Notes: generated by a model from the letters alone, not told the origin. Shown: positions 1-9,508, numbered from the stretch's first letter. The stretch: DNA of 25,657 nucleotides from a virus (IMGVR_UViG_3300046009_005703:1-25657), one strand, 5' to 3'. Numbers and translations: made by a program.

Positions 1-1
1 A

Positions 2-601
2 AATTATGGTAAGTTCATTGTCGAATATTACGGACCTCTATTGAATGAACTGAATATAGTCATCGCCAAGAAAGACAAAGACCTAGAAGAAGGGTATAGA
101 TATCTTTCAAAAAAACAGTTGACAGAATATTTAAAATTTGTCAAAATGATCATAGACGATACACAACGTTATGTCTCTAACCAAACGACCAGAGTTGTCA
201 GAAAACCCATCAACCGTAAAGTGAAACCCGTTGATAACACCAAATTAGTTAAGAGTTTCAAGTATTTGAAAGAGTTTAACGAATTGAAACTCGTCAGTGT
301 ATCTCCTGAAACAGTTATCGGTGCATCTGTGATTTGGATATATAATGTAAAGACAAGGAAATTGTCTGTATTGAATTCCGCAGCAGATAAACCACTGACT
401 ATAAGAGGAAGTTCAGTAATCAACTATGATGAAACAACTTCCATTTGCAAAACTCTCAGAAAACCTGAAGATACATTGCAACAAGTGTTGAACGGCACAA
501 AAACTTCGTTGAAAAAATTAATGTCATCTTTGAGCACTAAAGAATCTACTGCTGTCGGAAGATCAAACCAAGACACTATCATATTAAGGTATTTCAAATG
601 A
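2..601 (+). CDS. conserved T4-like phage hypothetical protein, 5' truncated
   Basis: Frame is open from position 2 to the stop at 601, so the TTG at 41 is probably not the true start; stop overlaps next ATG (ATGA). Confidence 0.75.
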   Translation, partial: NYGKFIVEYYGPLLNELNIVIAKKDKDLEEGYRYLSKKQLTEYLKFVKMIIDDTQRYVSNQTTRVVRKPINRKVKPVDNTKLVKSFKYLKEFNELKLVSVSPETVIGASVIWIYNVKTRKLSVLNSAADKPLTIRGSSVINYDETTSICKTLRKPEDTLQQVLNGTKTSLKKLMSSLSTKESTAVGRSNQDTIILRYFK

Positions 602-951
602 CAAATGTAGTTTTTTTCCCGAAAGAAAAAAGAGGGTCGCCACCACAAACTATGGAAGAAGTGCAGGATACTGTTGAGATGGTTCGCCATGTCCATGTAG
701 AAGAAACGATGCAAATCCTGGCAGGGTCAATATTCGACAACCTAGCTCTGTCAGGGTTCAATTTCAATCCTGATGATGATTTTTACACTAAAGATGTTGC
801 ACTGGCGTTTGAGGCTCTGAAGTCGATGCTTTATAAATATCATGGAATGGAGTATCCCATTCAAGACATTGCAGAAAAAAATTTTGCTTTACAAAAAGAC
901 GGAACTGTCGTATTGTTGACTGATGATGAAACAGCAGAGGAAAAGGCCTGA
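598..951 (+). CDS. hypothetical protein
   Basis: 117-aa ORF, AAGG upstream, coupled to previous gene. Confidence 0.8.
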   Translation: MTNVVFFPKEKRGSPPQTMEEVQDTVEMVRHVHVEETMQILAGSIFDNLALSGFNFNPDDDFYTKDVALAFEALKSMLYKYHGMEYPIQDIAEKNFALQKDGTVVLLTDDETAEEKA

Positions 952-959
952 AAAGCCTT

Positions 960-1823
960 TTGTATGATTTGATTATTCTTGACTTGAACCAGGTGATGCT
1001 TTCGAATCTCATGATGCAAATGGGGTCCCATACCAATATGAAAATCGAACCTGACTTGGTTCGCCATATGGTATTGAACTCAATTCGCATGTATCTTAAC
1101 AAATTTAAAGAAGAATACGGCGAACTAGTTATTGCTTGTGACAATCGCCGCTATTGGAGACGAGATGTCTTTCCGTATTACAAAGCAAACCGCAAAAAAG
1201 ATCGTGACAAATCAGACATTGATTGGCAATCTATTTTTGATTGCATGAAAATGTTGCGAGAAGAACTTGCAGAAAATTTCCCCTATCGTGTTATTGATGT
1301 TGACGGCGCCGAGGCAGATGATGTTATCGGTTCGCTTGCACAGCATTTTGGTGACGATATGATGCAACCGATTCTCATTCTTTCTGCAGACAAGGACTTC
1401 ATTCAATTGCAGAAGTTTATGAATGTGCGTCAATACGACCCCATTCGTAAAAAGTTCGTGTCGCATAATAATCCCACCATGTATACTAAAGAACATATCA
1501 TGCGTGGCGACACTGGTGATGGTATTCCTAACTTCTTGTCTCCCGACAACTGCCTGGTCATTGGTTCGCGCCAAAAACCAGTTACGACTAAGAAATTGGA
1601 ACAGTGGATGCGAATGTCTCCGGAAGCGTTTGACAATAATGAAATGATTAGAAACTATAAACGCAATCAACAACTCATTGACCTGTCATTCATTCCTGAA
1701 GATATTAAAAACAAAATCATAAATGAATATGAGACCCAAAAAAATAAAACACGTTCTAAACTGTTTAATTACTTTGTGCGTTTCAAATTGAAAAATTTAA
1801 TGGAAAATATCCAGGAGTTCTAA
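960..1823 (+). CDS. rnh: T4-type RNase H (5'-3' exonuclease, FEN family)
   Basis: Motifs ILDLNQ, YWRRDVFPYYKANRK, GAEADDVIG, ILSADKDFIQLQ, GDTGDGIPN. Confidence 0.93.
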   Translation: MYDLIILDLNQVMLSNLMMQMGSHTNMKIEPDLVRHMVLNSIRMYLNKFKEEYGELVIACDNRRYWRRDVFPYYKANRKKDRDKSDIDWQSIFDCMKMLREELAENFPYRVIDVDGAEADDVIGSLAQHFGDDMMQPILILSADKDFIQLQKFMNVRQYDPIRKKFVSHNNPTMYTKEHIMRGDTGDGIPNFLSPDNCLVIGSRQKPVTTKKLEQWMRMSPEAFDNNEMIRNYKRNQQLIDLSFIPEDIKNKIINEYETQKNKTRSKLFNYFVRFKLKNLMENIQEF

Positions 1824-1824
1824 T

Positions 1825-2235
1825 ATGCGCTTAGGCATTGGTGAGATTTTGAAGAAAGTATCAGAATCTAAAACAAAAGAAGAAAAGATAGAGATACTGC
1901 GAAAGAATGATTCTCCCGCTATTCGCACGATCTTAAAATATGCACTTGATCCTAATATCAAATGGGATCTCCCTGAGGGTGCTCCACCATATAAACCATG
2001 TCAATTCCTTGACCAACATTCAATGCTGTATCAAGAAATTCGCCGTTTATATCTATTCCTTGAGGGTGGTAATCCTAACCTTAAACCTATTAAAAGAGAA
2101 GCACTTTTCATTAATCTTCTTGAATCAGTTGATCCTTTAGACGCACTAGTTCTGCTTGCTGCAAAGGATAAAAAACTGCCGTATAAAAATATTACTATCA
2201 ATCTTATCAATGAGGCATATCCAGGATTTATGTGA
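1825..2235 (+). CDS. conserved T4-like hypothetical protein downstream of rnh
   Basis: 136-aa ORF with LPEGAPPY...KREALFINLLE pattern recalled from T4-like phages in this gene order. Confidence 0.8.
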   Translation: MRLGIGEILKKVSESKTKEEKIEILRKNDSPAIRTILKYALDPNIKWDLPEGAPPYKPCQFLDQHSMLYQEIRRLYLFLEGGNPNLKPIKREALFINLLESVDPLDALVLLAAKDKKLPYKNITINLINEAYPGFM

Positions 2236-2405
2236 TGGGCAAATCTAAGCACAATAAATGGTTTGAAGAATACGAAGAATCACCCACTGCTCGCAAAAAT
2301 GATTGGGAGCGAAGACGACAAGAAAAACGTCGTGCATGGGAGCAAAAACAATCAGCTATCAATCCTTATGAGCACCAGGATGATGATTCAAAGGAATACG
2401 AGTAA
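2235..2405 (+). CDS. small charged hypothetical protein (56 aa, not in ORF track)
   Basis: MGKSKHNKWFEEY...SKEYE*; overlaps previous stop (TGATG) and next start (TAATG). Confidence 0.7.
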   Translation: MGKSKHNKWFEEYEESPTARKNDWERRRQEKRRAWEQKQSAINPYEHQDDDSKEYE

Positions 2406-2656
2406 TGCCGACTTATTTGTTTCGAAATAAAGAAACTGGAGAGGAATGGGAAGAGTCTATGGGCATCAGTGCAGCAGAAACTTATCTCGCTGAAAATCCT
2501 CATATAGAAAGATTGGTTAATGGCGTCCCAGGTATTGCTTCTGGCGCCATGCATGGAAATAAATCCAAACCCGATGAAGGATTTAGAGATATTTTGAGAG
2601 AAATGAAAAAGAAATCAGAGAGAGGTATCAGCCGTAGCACGATCAACACTTTTTAA
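2405..2656 (+). CDS. FmdB-like small protein
   Basis: MPTYLFRNKETGEEWEE N-terminus typical of the FmdB-like gene before phoH in T4-like phages; Zn-binding cysteines absent. Confidence 0.7.
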   Translation: MPTYLFRNKETGEEWEESMGISAAETYLAENPHIERLVNGVPGIASGAMHGNKSKPDEGFRDILREMKKKSERGISRSTINTF

Positions 2657-2682
2657 TAGCAATAATAATAAAAGAAGAAAGA

Positions 2683-3441
2683 ATGGATCAACAATTATTA
2701 CAGCCTAAACGCTTGACCCGCAAACAAAAGAGAATGATGCAGCAACTGGGTGTCGAATTACCAGAAACTGAAATTAAATATTCTCTGACACTAGATGATT
2801 TTAAACCATTAACTGCTAATCAAAAAAAAGCACATCAATCATATAAAGCAGGATATAATTTACTTCTTCACGGATGCGCTGGTAGCGGTAAAACTTATAT
2901 TGCGATGCATTTTGCATTAAAAGATGTCATGTCTTCTGAAAATGATTTTGAAAAGGTTTATATCATCAGATCAACAGTTCCTACTAGAGATCAAGGTTTT
3001 CTACCTGGCAAAAAACAAGACAAAGAAGCAGTATATGAAACTCCATATATTCGCAACGCTGTTAAAATGTTTGGGTCTAACGATGCATATGCACGGTTAA
3101 AACAACAAGGCCACCTTGAATTTATGTCGACTTCTTATATTAGAGGTGATACATTAGAGAATTGTATTTTGGTTGTTGATGAAATTAATAATATGTCAGG
3201 ACACGAGTTAGATTCTGTGATTACTCGTGCTGGCAATAATTGTAAAGTTATATTCTGTGGTGATGGGGCTCAATCAGATTTTATTAAAGATACTGATAAG
3301 AAAGGTTTGTCTGAGTTTATGAGAATTATTGACAACATGCAATCTTTCGATTATATTGAATTTGGAGTAGAGGACATAGTCCGCTCAGGTCTCGTGAAAG
3401 AATATTTAATTGCAAAACACAAACTCAACGTCAAGATCTAA
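2683..3441 (+). CDS. phoH: PhoH-family ATPase
   Basis: PLTANQ, Walker A GCAGSGKT, GFLPG, YIRGDT, VVDE, ITRAG, CGDGAQSD, DIVRSGLVK. Confidence 0.95.
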   Translation: MDQQLLQPKRLTRKQKRMMQQLGVELPETEIKYSLTLDDFKPLTANQKKAHQSYKAGYNLLLHGCAGSGKTYIAMHFALKDVMSSENDFEKVYIIRSTVPTRDQGFLPGKKQDKEAVYETPYIRNAVKMFGSNDAYARLKQQGHLEFMSTSYIRGDTLENCILVVDEINNMSGHELDSVITRAGNNCKVIFCGDGAQSDFIKDTDKKGLSEFMRIIDNMQSFDYIEFGVEDIVRSGLVKEYLIAKHKLNVKI

Positions 3442-4096
3442 ACTGTTCAAACATGATTTTTTGGATTTTACTGAAATAAAAGAAAATTATGAGACGGGAC
3501 AACGACGCTATCTATTACCTGATGGATCGTTAGTCCCGTCTGTGACAACTGTTCTATCGTCTCTTTCAAAGGACCATATTAACGTATGGCGTGAAAGGAT
3601 TGGCACAGAAGCAGCAGATAAAATTACCAATCAAGCGAAGAATCGCGGAACTGCTATTCACCAATTGGCAGAAAATTATCTGTTCAATAAAGATGACTAT
3701 TCGGCAGGTGCAATGCCGATCAATCTGTATGACTTCAATTCAAATCTGAAACCGCTGCTAGACAAATATGTCGATGACCTTCGTGGCATTGAATCTCCTT
3801 TGTGGTCAACTAGATTAAAGACAGCAGGTCGAACTGACCTGATTGCAAATTGGCAAAACAATCCCGCTATCATTGACTTCAAAACCTCCCGCAAACCTAA
3901 GAAAGAATCGTGGATCAAGAATTATTTCTTGCAAGCGACTTGTTATTCTTTAATGCTACAAGAACGCACTGGGATTGCCTGTAAGGATATTGTAATTCTG
4001 ATTGCAGTCGACCACGAAGAACCTCAGGTGTTTCACAAGAAACGCAAGGACTATGTTGAGGAAGTTGTTGAAATCTTTACGAATTATTCTGCTTGA
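3410..4096 (+). CDS. PD-(D/E)XK (Cas4-like/RecB-type) exonuclease
   Basis: PSVTTVL, RGTAIH, AGRTDLI, IIDFKTS, YFLQATCY; start codon uncertain. Confidence 0.88.
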   Translation: MQNTNSTSRSKLFKHDFLDFTEIKENYETGQRRYLLPDGSLVPSVTTVLSSLSKDHINVWRERIGTEAADKITNQAKNRGTAIHQLAENYLFNKDDYSAGAMPINLYDFNSNLKPLLDKYVDDLRGIESPLWSTRLKTAGRTDLIANWQNNPAIIDFKTSRKPKKESWIKNYFLQATCYSLMLQERTGIACKDIVILIAVDHEEPQVFHKKRKDYVEEVVEIFTNYSA

Positions 4097-4121
4097 CATA
4101 TTTCCGGATATATCTGATAAA
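4093..4121 (+). promoter_or_regulatory. early promoter repeat
   Basis: TTGACA-17-GATAAA, ATGATG at 4128. Confidence 0.8.
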
Positions 4122-4149
4122 CGTTACATGATGAATGAAAAGGTGAACT

Positions 4150-4710
4150 ATGGCAAAGCAAAGTGAAAAGATTTTTTCTAAAGGAGACATAATCGTATCC
4201 AAAAGCGGTCATCGTCCGATGGTTGCTGAATCTGATGTGTATAAAGGCACTTATCGTTTTTATGCGCGCTATGTGCATAGCAATGTGCAAAGATATGTGT
4301 ATCGTGACACTATGAAACTTTATGATGAACAAACCCCTGCTAAGGAAAATGCAATGACTATCTATACTATTAAACTCGCTGAAGGTAAAACGACTTACGG
4401 CACCAAAGTTGGTGTTAACTCTGCAAACAAGTTCCTTATGGAAGAAAAGGGAACTGGTGAGATTCTGGTTGTCGCACCTGATGCGGTCGAGGAAATCGTT
4501 CCGCACACTGTTTCTGTGTCTGAAATTGGGTCTGAACGGGTCAACTATCACTATATGATTGAACCTGGCAAACTGCTCCCCGGCGATCTTGTTCTGCACA
4601 CTTCTAAAGGTTCTAAGGAATTTTCTCTTGGAATTGTTCGCGCTGTTGACACTAAGTTTAAAGCCGCAAAAGAATTCCGCGGAGTTAAACTCGTAACTGA
4701 AATGGTTTAA
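4150..4710 (+). CDS. hypothetical protein
   Basis: 186-aa ORF, AAGGTG SD, between promoter and terminator. Confidence 0.85.
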   Translation: MAKQSEKIFSKGDIIVSKSGHRPMVAESDVYKGTYRFYARYVHSNVQRYVYRDTMKLYDEQTPAKENAMTIYTIKLAEGKTTYGTKVGVNSANKFLMEEKGTGEILVVAPDAVEEIVPHTVSVSEIGSERVNYHYMIEPGKLLPGDLVLHTSKGSKEFSLGIVRAVDTKFKAAKEFRGVKLVTEMV

Positions 4711-4735
4711 TGTAGGGGGCAACCCCTACATTTTT
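4711..4735 (+). terminator. intrinsic terminator
   Basis: TGTAGGGG-GCAA-CCCCTACA then TTTTT. Confidence 0.85.
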
Positions 4736-4749
4736 ATTTGAGGTGTGAT

Positions 4750-4968
4750 GTGACACCAGCACAAGTAAGACGTAAATCCAAAACAATCAAAAAGAATCTT
4801 GATAAGTGGAATACCGCTTATAAGGATTTGCAGGCTATTTGTCCACATATTGATCACTATCAGAAAAAAGAGGGCACTGGTAGTAGGTGGTGCAAAGATG
4901 ATGAAGCGTATTGGGTTGAACATTATTGCTCTGACTGTGACAAAAGATGGATAACTGATCAGAAATGA
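4750..4968 (+). CDS. hypothetical Cys/His protein
   Basis: GTG start after GAGGTG; CPH...CSDC possible Zn site. Confidence 0.65.
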   Translation: MTPAQVRRKSKTIKKNLDKWNTAYKDLQAICPHIDHYQKKEGTGSRWCKDDEAYWVEHYCSDCDKRWITDQK

Positions 4969-5246
4969 AAAAGTATAAACAATATCCGTGGAAGTTTAAG
5001 TTAGAATGGGATGGTATTGAATGGTGGCAGTCAGAAGTCACACTAGGTTCTGATCACTATTTCTATTACTTTAAATTTGACTTCGTGAATAAAGAACAAC
5101 GAGAAGCTCTTCGAAAACTTAAATGGCGACAGTTTGGGTTAAACCGATTCTATTATGATGGTCCTCATGCACAGTTTAACTTATACTTCTTTGTGATATA
5201 TTGGTCAACACCTTGGACAAAAATGCCAGAGGACCATTGGAAATGA
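4965..5246 (+). CDS. hypothetical aromatic-rich protein
   Basis: 93-aa ORF, ATGA overlaps at both ends. Confidence 0.7.
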   Translation: MKKYKQYPWKFKLEWDGIEWWQSEVTLGSDHYFYYFKFDFVNKEQREALRKLKWRQFGLNRFYYDGPHAQFNLYFFVIYWSTPWTKMPEDHWK

Positions 5247-5527
5247 ATCTAAAAGCACTGATTAATGAATTTGATCCCAGTCACTTTGACACTAGACGCA
5301 AGACGCTAGAAAGGCGCAGGAATGTTCTTATAGAACAAGGTTATGATGTTAAACCGATCAGCGAAAAAAACATTGACTGTTTTTGGTTGACACTAGAACA
5401 CAAAGGTCGTAAATTCAATATAACTGACATTGAAGACATTCACTTCTATATAGAGGCAATTGACAGTGAAACCCAAACTAATACAGTCAATCAAGGCAAC
5501 CGAAACGGGCAACCGTTTTCCGACTGA
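5243..5527 (+). CDS. hypothetical protein
   Basis: ATG at 5243 overlaps previous stop. Confidence 0.6.
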   Translation: MNLKALINEFDPSHFDTRRKTLERRRNVLIEQGYDVKPISEKNIDCFWLTLEHKGRKFNITDIEDIHFYIEAIDSETQTNTVNQGNRNGQPFSD

Positions 5528-5843
5528 TAGATATGACTTCATTCAAACTGAAGTATATTTGTCTGACGCTATTGATCATCCGATTAAACTTGACTATGCA
5601 AAGGAATATCGTGTTGGTGTTCAATTAGGAACCTACGTCTGTATTCCTGGAGATGAATACGCTGCTATTAGATTGAATAGGGCGCAAAAAGAAGTCGGTC
5701 ATATGATCTGCAAAGAAGTATATGGCGAGATTCGTGAAGAACTAATCAAACTTCGCTATGAAATTTATAACAAAATGGGATTTCATGCGAATGACTTGAT
5801 CAAACGAGTTGACAATATTATGGATATGACTCATTATGATTGA
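5460..5843 (+). CDS. hypothetical protein
   Basis: TTG/GTG start after GAGG; overlaps previous ORF by ~68 nt, start uncertain. Confidence 0.65.
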   Translation: MTVKPKLIQSIKATETGNRFPTDRYDFIQTEVYLSDAIDHPIKLDYAKEYRVGVQLGTYVCIPGDEYAAIRLNRAQKEVGHMICKEVYGEIREELIKLRYEIYNKMGFHANDLIKRVDNIMDMTHYD

Positions 5844-6195
5844 CTTTCCTATCATCCTCAAAGGATACGCAATCTTCAATCCTGCTACAGGGTTGTGGTC
5901 GAAGGGTGGCACTGGTAATAGTTGGGGTAAGAATCCTAAGATCTGGTCAGCAATCGGTCATCTTAAAAACCATCTGCTGTTGAGTGTGTGTTGTCAATAT
6001 CATGACCACTGGAATGGTTTAACAAATAAGCGTTTCTTTATCAGCAACAAGTATCGCGGGTGCCAAGTCATTGATGTGACTACAGGAAATCCTGTTGACA
6101 ACTTCGATATTTACGGGTATTATTATGACTATATTGCCCGCGAAAAAGCAGCGAGGGCGTATTACGCCGACTATGACATATACGAGGAACCGTGA
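5836..6195 (+). CDS. hypothetical protein
   Basis: 119-aa ORF in tightly packed series. Confidence 0.75.
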   Translation: MIDFPIILKGYAIFNPATGLWSKGGTGNSWGKNPKIWSAIGHLKNHLLLSVCCQYHDHWNGLTNKRFFISNKYRGCQVIDVTTGNPVDNFDIYGYYYDYIAREKAARAYYADYDIYEEP

Positions 6196-6198
6196 TAC

Positions 6199-6456
6199 AT
6201 GAAACTATACCTAATAGAACGCCCGAATGACGTTAGGGGTTGGGAATATCCAACATTTAATATTGTATATCCAGTACTCGTTGATGGTATTACAGAGAGA
6301 ACGTCGGAAATTGTTGAAGATGAAAACGGTGAAATTTACATAGAACAATATACTAATCAAAAATCTATGAGATTAACACACTTCAGAGTTTCTGGTTTGG
6401 GTCAAAAGTCAATTCATTCGGACTGGATCAAACGATTTACTGTGGTGCAGAAATGA
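6199..6456 (+). CDS. hypothetical protein
   Basis: 85-aa ORF, GAGG upstream. Confidence 0.7.
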   Translation: MKLYLIERPNDVRGWEYPTFNIVYPVLVDGITERTSEIVEDENGEIYIEQYTNQKSMRLTHFRVSGLGQKSIHSDWIKRFTVVQK

Positions 6457-6605
6457 AAATACCTACTCTGTGTCTATCATATGCCAAGAGTGTGCTTCGA
6501 GTCGTCGCATTTGGTGGATTGGCTGCAGGGTTTCTAGTTGCTGAAGTTACTGCTGGATTGCTGCTATTGGCAGAGTTAATTCGAATTGTGGAGGAACGTA
6601 AATGA
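6453..6605 (+). CDS. small hydrophobic protein (50 aa, not in ORF track)
   Basis: MKIPTLCLSYAKSVLRVVAFGGLAAGFLVAEV...EERK*; ATGA overlaps at both ends. Confidence 0.65.
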   Translation: MKIPTLCLSYAKSVLRVVAFGGLAAGFLVAEVTAGLLLLAELIRIVEERK

Positions 6606-6973
6606 TTGATCCAACAGAACTTAGATTCGGAAATCAAATTTTTAAGATTAACAAAATAACTAATTGGAATTCCAACAAAATTTATATGACAGACGCTGAT
6701 GGTGTTGAGTGGTATCGTTATGACAAAGAAAAAGTTACATTTGAAATTGAATGCCTGACTTATTGTGGTAAAAGATTTGTAATTGAAGCGGGTGAATGTC
6801 GAGCGGATACAGATATTAGTGAAGTTGAATATTTTTTCAAAAATGTAAAAGGTGAGATTGAACCTTATTACACTAGTGACTTTGAAGTGAATACTTTTAA
6901 TCCTGATGAATACTTCTATACTCACTTTGAAGCGCAGCGAAAAGTTAACGAATTAAATGAAAAACTACGCTAA
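6602..6973 (+). CDS. hypothetical protein
   Basis: 123-aa ORF, GGAGG SD. Confidence 0.8.
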   Translation: MIDPTELRFGNQIFKINKITNWNSNKIYMTDADGVEWYRYDKEKVTFEIECLTYCGKRFVIEAGECRADTDISEVEYFFKNVKGEIEPYYTSDFEVNTFNPDEYFYTHFEAQRKVNELNEKLR

Positions 6974-7050
6974 TGGAATGGGGAACTTTAATTGTAGTCG
7001 GTGTTATTGTTTTCATTTTGTATTTGAATTTTTATGATGACAGGAACTGA
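6973..7050 (+). CDS. 25-aa single-TM peptide
   Basis: MEWGTLIVVGVIVFILYLNFYDDRN*; TAATG coupling, fills the gap exactly. Confidence 0.5.
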   Translation: MEWGTLIVVGVIVFILYLNFYDDRN

Positions 7051-7052
7051 TA

Positions 7053-7517
7053 ATGTCTAACATGCTTGATTATACGAAACATGAACTTAATCTTATCGGT
7101 CTAAAAGACGATTCCGAAGATGAAATGAATGTTGCGATGAGGAAACATATTTTGCATATGGTAAAAGAATTTGAAGAGGAAGGTCATTCTGGTCATAGCG
7201 CATCTTATGCACTTGCAATTCTCAAAAAAGTCCTGAATTGGAAACCATTGACTGATCTTACTGGTGAAGATGATGAATGGATGGAAATTGCAGACGACTT
7301 GTATCAAAACAAACGCGCTTTTGATGTGTTTAAAGATGCAAACGGCGCATATTGGTCAGGTGGTGTTGTGTTTTGGGAATGGTCTATTCATTCTGCTATT
7401 AATGGCGGAAAACCTTTTAAGTCATATTTCACATCTAAAGACAGTCGTGTGCCGATCACTTTCCCGTTCAGCATGCCTAGCGAACCTGAATACCGCGAAG
7501 CCAATCCTGATCGCTGA
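7053..7517 (+). CDS. conserved phage hypothetical protein
   Basis: GHSGHSA, PLTDLTGEDDEW, YQNKR..VFKD motifs recalled from a widespread phage family. Confidence 0.85.
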   Translation: MSNMLDYTKHELNLIGLKDDSEDEMNVAMRKHILHMVKEFEEEGHSGHSASYALAILKKVLNWKPLTDLTGEDDEWMEIADDLYQNKRAFDVFKDANGAYWSGGVVFWEWSIHSAINGGKPFKSYFTSKDSRVPITFPFSMPSEPEYREANPDR

Positions 7518-7537
7518 CATATAACTAAATTGCTGTC

Positions 7538-7570
7538 AAGGGCGGGTCGAAAGGCCCGCCTTTATATTTT
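7538..7570 (+). terminator. intrinsic terminator
   Basis: AAGGGCGGGTC-GAAA-GGCCCGCCTTT then ATATTTT. Confidence 0.8.
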
Positions 7571-7653
7571 GCGCGTATATGCGAAGGCACCACAAGCGCT
7601 TGTTCTTACGTTCTTAGCGTCTAACCGCTTGTTATCTTAGCAAAACATTCTCC

Positions 7654-7682
7654 TTGACGCATTTTCCCGAATATTCGATAAA
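7654..7682 (+). promoter_or_regulatory. early promoter repeat
   Basis: TTGACG-17-GATAAA; ATG at 7689. Confidence 0.85.
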
Positions 7683-7713
7683 CAAAGCATGATGAAACGC
7701 GAAGGAGAAGCGG

Positions 7714-7890
7714 ATGTTTGAAGTGCTGGTCACGAAGGACTTTGAGGATGCTGCTAAGCGCTACGTCTTCCGTGGGCCTAATGCCCAAGACAATGCTTTC
7801 ACCTACGCCGCGACCGTCCAGGAGATGGCGGATTGGGGTGGGTATGCAGTGATGGTCGAGGTCAAGGAAGTGGTTGACACTATTTCCTGA
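7714..7890 (+). CDS. hypothetical protein (58 aa, not in ORF track)
   Basis: MFEVLVTKDF...VVDTIS*; AAGGAG SD; stop lies in the next promoter spacer. Confidence 0.75.
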   Translation: MFEVLVTKDFEDAAKRYVFRGPNAQDNAFTYAATVQEMADWGGYAVMVEVKEVVDTIS

Positions 7891-7902
7891 ATATTCGATA
7901 AA
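7874..7902 (+). promoter_or_regulatory. early promoter repeat
   Basis: TTGACA-17-GATAAA; ATG at 7909. Confidence 0.85.
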
Positions 7903-7930
7903 CAAAGCATGATGAAGCAGGAGACGCAAG

Positions 7931-8176
7931 ATGGCGAAGTTTGACCAAGAGACCGTAGCACGTTGGAAGCAGATGGCGGATGACTGGCTTGTCAAAGCAC
8001 AGGATCCCGGCACCCGTGAAGACATCCATCTCGGCGCTGAAGCATGGGCAATTGCTCACCGCAGCGGAATAAGTGTCGAGGCCTATGCTGACCGGGAAGT
8101 CACGGACGCCCATATCGTCACCGCGCTGAAGCAGGTCTTCCCGAATGCTGTCTTCAAGGACCGCTACGTTTACTGA
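7931..8176 (+). CDS. hypothetical protein
   Basis: 81 aa, AGGAG SD. Confidence 0.85.
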   Translation: MAKFDQETVARWKQMADDWLVKAQDPGTREDIHLGAEAWAIAHRSGISVEAYADREVTDAHIVTALKQVFPNAVFKDRYVY

Positions 8177-8177
8177 G

Positions 8178-8206
8178 TTGACATCTTTTCCTGAATATTC
8201 GATAAA
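8178..8206 (+). promoter_or_regulatory. early promoter repeat
   Basis: TTGACA-17-GATAAA; ATG at 8213. Confidence 0.85.
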
Positions 8207-8230
8207 CAAGACATGACAAAGGAGATGTCC

Positions 8231-8524
8231 ATGCTGACAGTTGTTCTGGATTCGGTGAAGCGCACTCGTGGCAAAGAAGAGTATCGGATGGTGCCGCGAG
8301 CATCGGCGCTCGGTGTTGAAGTCATAGGTGATGGCACCATCCTTCGCAACCTGCTGACCGAACTGGTCAAGGACGGCAAAGTGTCGCGGGATGAACCGCT
8401 GCGAGTCATGCGTGGTGAGATGTCTTGCTTTACCGATGGTTTGACGGTCGGCAGGTTCGTCTGCGACCCCAAGCGAGCAATGCCGTGGAAACCGTGGGAA
8501 GCCCGCCGCAAGAAAGCGGGTTGA
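8231..8524 (+). CDS. hypothetical protein
   Basis: SD-led ATG 8231; in-frame +1 ATG at 8213. Confidence 0.75.
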   Translation: MLTVVLDSVKRTRGKEEYRMVPRASALGVEVIGDGTILRNLLTELVKDGKVSRDEPLRVMRGEMSCFTDGLTVGRFVCDPKRAMPWKPWEARRKKAG

Positions 8525-8549
8525 CATCTTTTCAGGAATAATCCATAAA
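8521..8549 (+). promoter_or_regulatory. early promoter repeat
   Basis: TTGACA-17-CATAAA; ATG at 8556. Confidence 0.85.
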
Positions 8550-8579
8550 CAAAGCATGATGAAAACGAAGGAGAACAAG

Positions 8580-9458
8580 ATGCCCCGTGGTGTTCCGAAC
8601 GCTGGTTTCCGCATGACCAAAACCGCTGTTGCCCGTCAGAACGGTCAAGCGATCCTCGACAAGATCGCTCCCGTCGCTGCTACCCAAACCGAGACGGATG
8701 CTGAGATCGACGCTCGCCTCCGTGACCGCTTCGAGATCCTGGACGAACTGACCCGTGCTGCGCTGTTCGGCGATGCCCGGTCGGTTATCGTTTCCGGTCC
8801 CGCGGGCCTCGGCAAGTCGTTCACTGTCGAGCAGGCACTTGCTGCGTGGGATCCCGATCAGGTCAACCACACTATTGTCAAGGGCTACGTCAAGACGACT
8901 GGTTTGCTGCGTCTGCTGTATCAATTCCGCGAGCGCGGTCAGGTTATTGTCTTTGACGATGCCGACACCGTCTTTTATGAAGACACCTCGCTTAATCTTC
9001 TTAAAGCGGTTTGTGATACGACCGAGATGCGCCGTGTTTCTTATATGGCGGAATCTAATATGGTAGACGAAGAATCGGGCGAGCGTATTCCGCGGTCGTT
9101 CTTGTTTGAAGGCACTATCCTGTTTATTACCAACCTCGATATGGATACTCTTATTGAGCGCGGTCATAAACTTGCTCCTCACTTGCAGGCGCTTGTTTCG
9201 CGGTCGCATTATATCGACTTGGCGATGAAAACCAAGCGCGACTATATTGTCCGCATCAAGCAGGTAGTTGCCCAGGGTATGCTTAAAATGCAGGGTCTTA
9301 ATCAAGAACAAGAAGACGCTGTAGTCGCTTATATTGTCGCCAACCAGGATCGCCTGCGCGAGTTGTCGCTCCGCATTGCAGTCAAGATCGCCAACCTGGT
9401 CAAGATGGGCGGCAACTGGCAGCGTCTTGCCAACGTGACCTGCTGCAAGAACACCTAA
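8580..9458 (+). CDS. AAA+ family P-loop ATPase
   Basis: Walker A GPAGLGKS, Walker B VIVFDDAD, FITN sensor-1, LVSRS Arg finger; in-frame +1 ATG at 8556. Confidence 0.88.
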   Translation: MPRGVPNAGFRMTKTAVARQNGQAILDKIAPVAATQTETDAEIDARLRDRFEILDELTRAALFGDARSVIVSGPAGLGKSFTVEQALAAWDPDQVNHTIVKGYVKTTGLLRLLYQFRERGQVIVFDDADTVFYEDTSLNLLKAVCDTTEMRRVSYMAESNMVDEESGERIPRSFLFEGTILFITNLDMDTLIERGHKLAPHLQALVSRSHYIDLAMKTKRDYIVRIKQVVAQGMLKMQGLNQEQEDAVVAYIVANQDRLRELSLRIAVKIANLVKMGGNWQRLANVTCCKNT

Positions 9459-9462
9459 AACA

Positions 9463-9480
9463 GGGGGCAGCAATGCCCCT
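9463..9480. terminator. GC-rich stem-loop abutting the next -35 box
   Basis: GGGGCA-GCAA-TGCCCC; U-tract better on the - strand, so orientation is uncertain. Confidence 0.55.
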
Positions 9481-9508
9481 TGACACTATTTCCGGATAAA
9501 TGCATAAA
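9480..9508 (+). promoter_or_regulatory. early promoter repeat
   Basis: TTGACA-17-CATAAA; ATG at 9515. Confidence 0.85.

Noticed and set aside
832-839. TATAAATA late promoter upstream of rnh
   Set aside because: Inside a coding region (YKY) in AT-rich DNA; cannot be told from chance.
3410-4096. Cas4-like nuclease as part of a CRISPR-Cas system
   Set aside because: It occupies the usual position after phoH in T4-like phages; no cas1/cas2, array or Fe-S cysteines.
7688-7700. TGATGA..GAAAC in the leader as a hammerhead ribozyme core
   Set aside because: Reads CATGATGAAAC rather than CTGATGA; no stem II between the motifs and no flanking stems.
8532-9473. 313-aa minus-strand ORF (likewise 7880-8620)
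   Set aside because: Antisense shadow of the AAA+ ATPase and neighbours, expected from codon bias.
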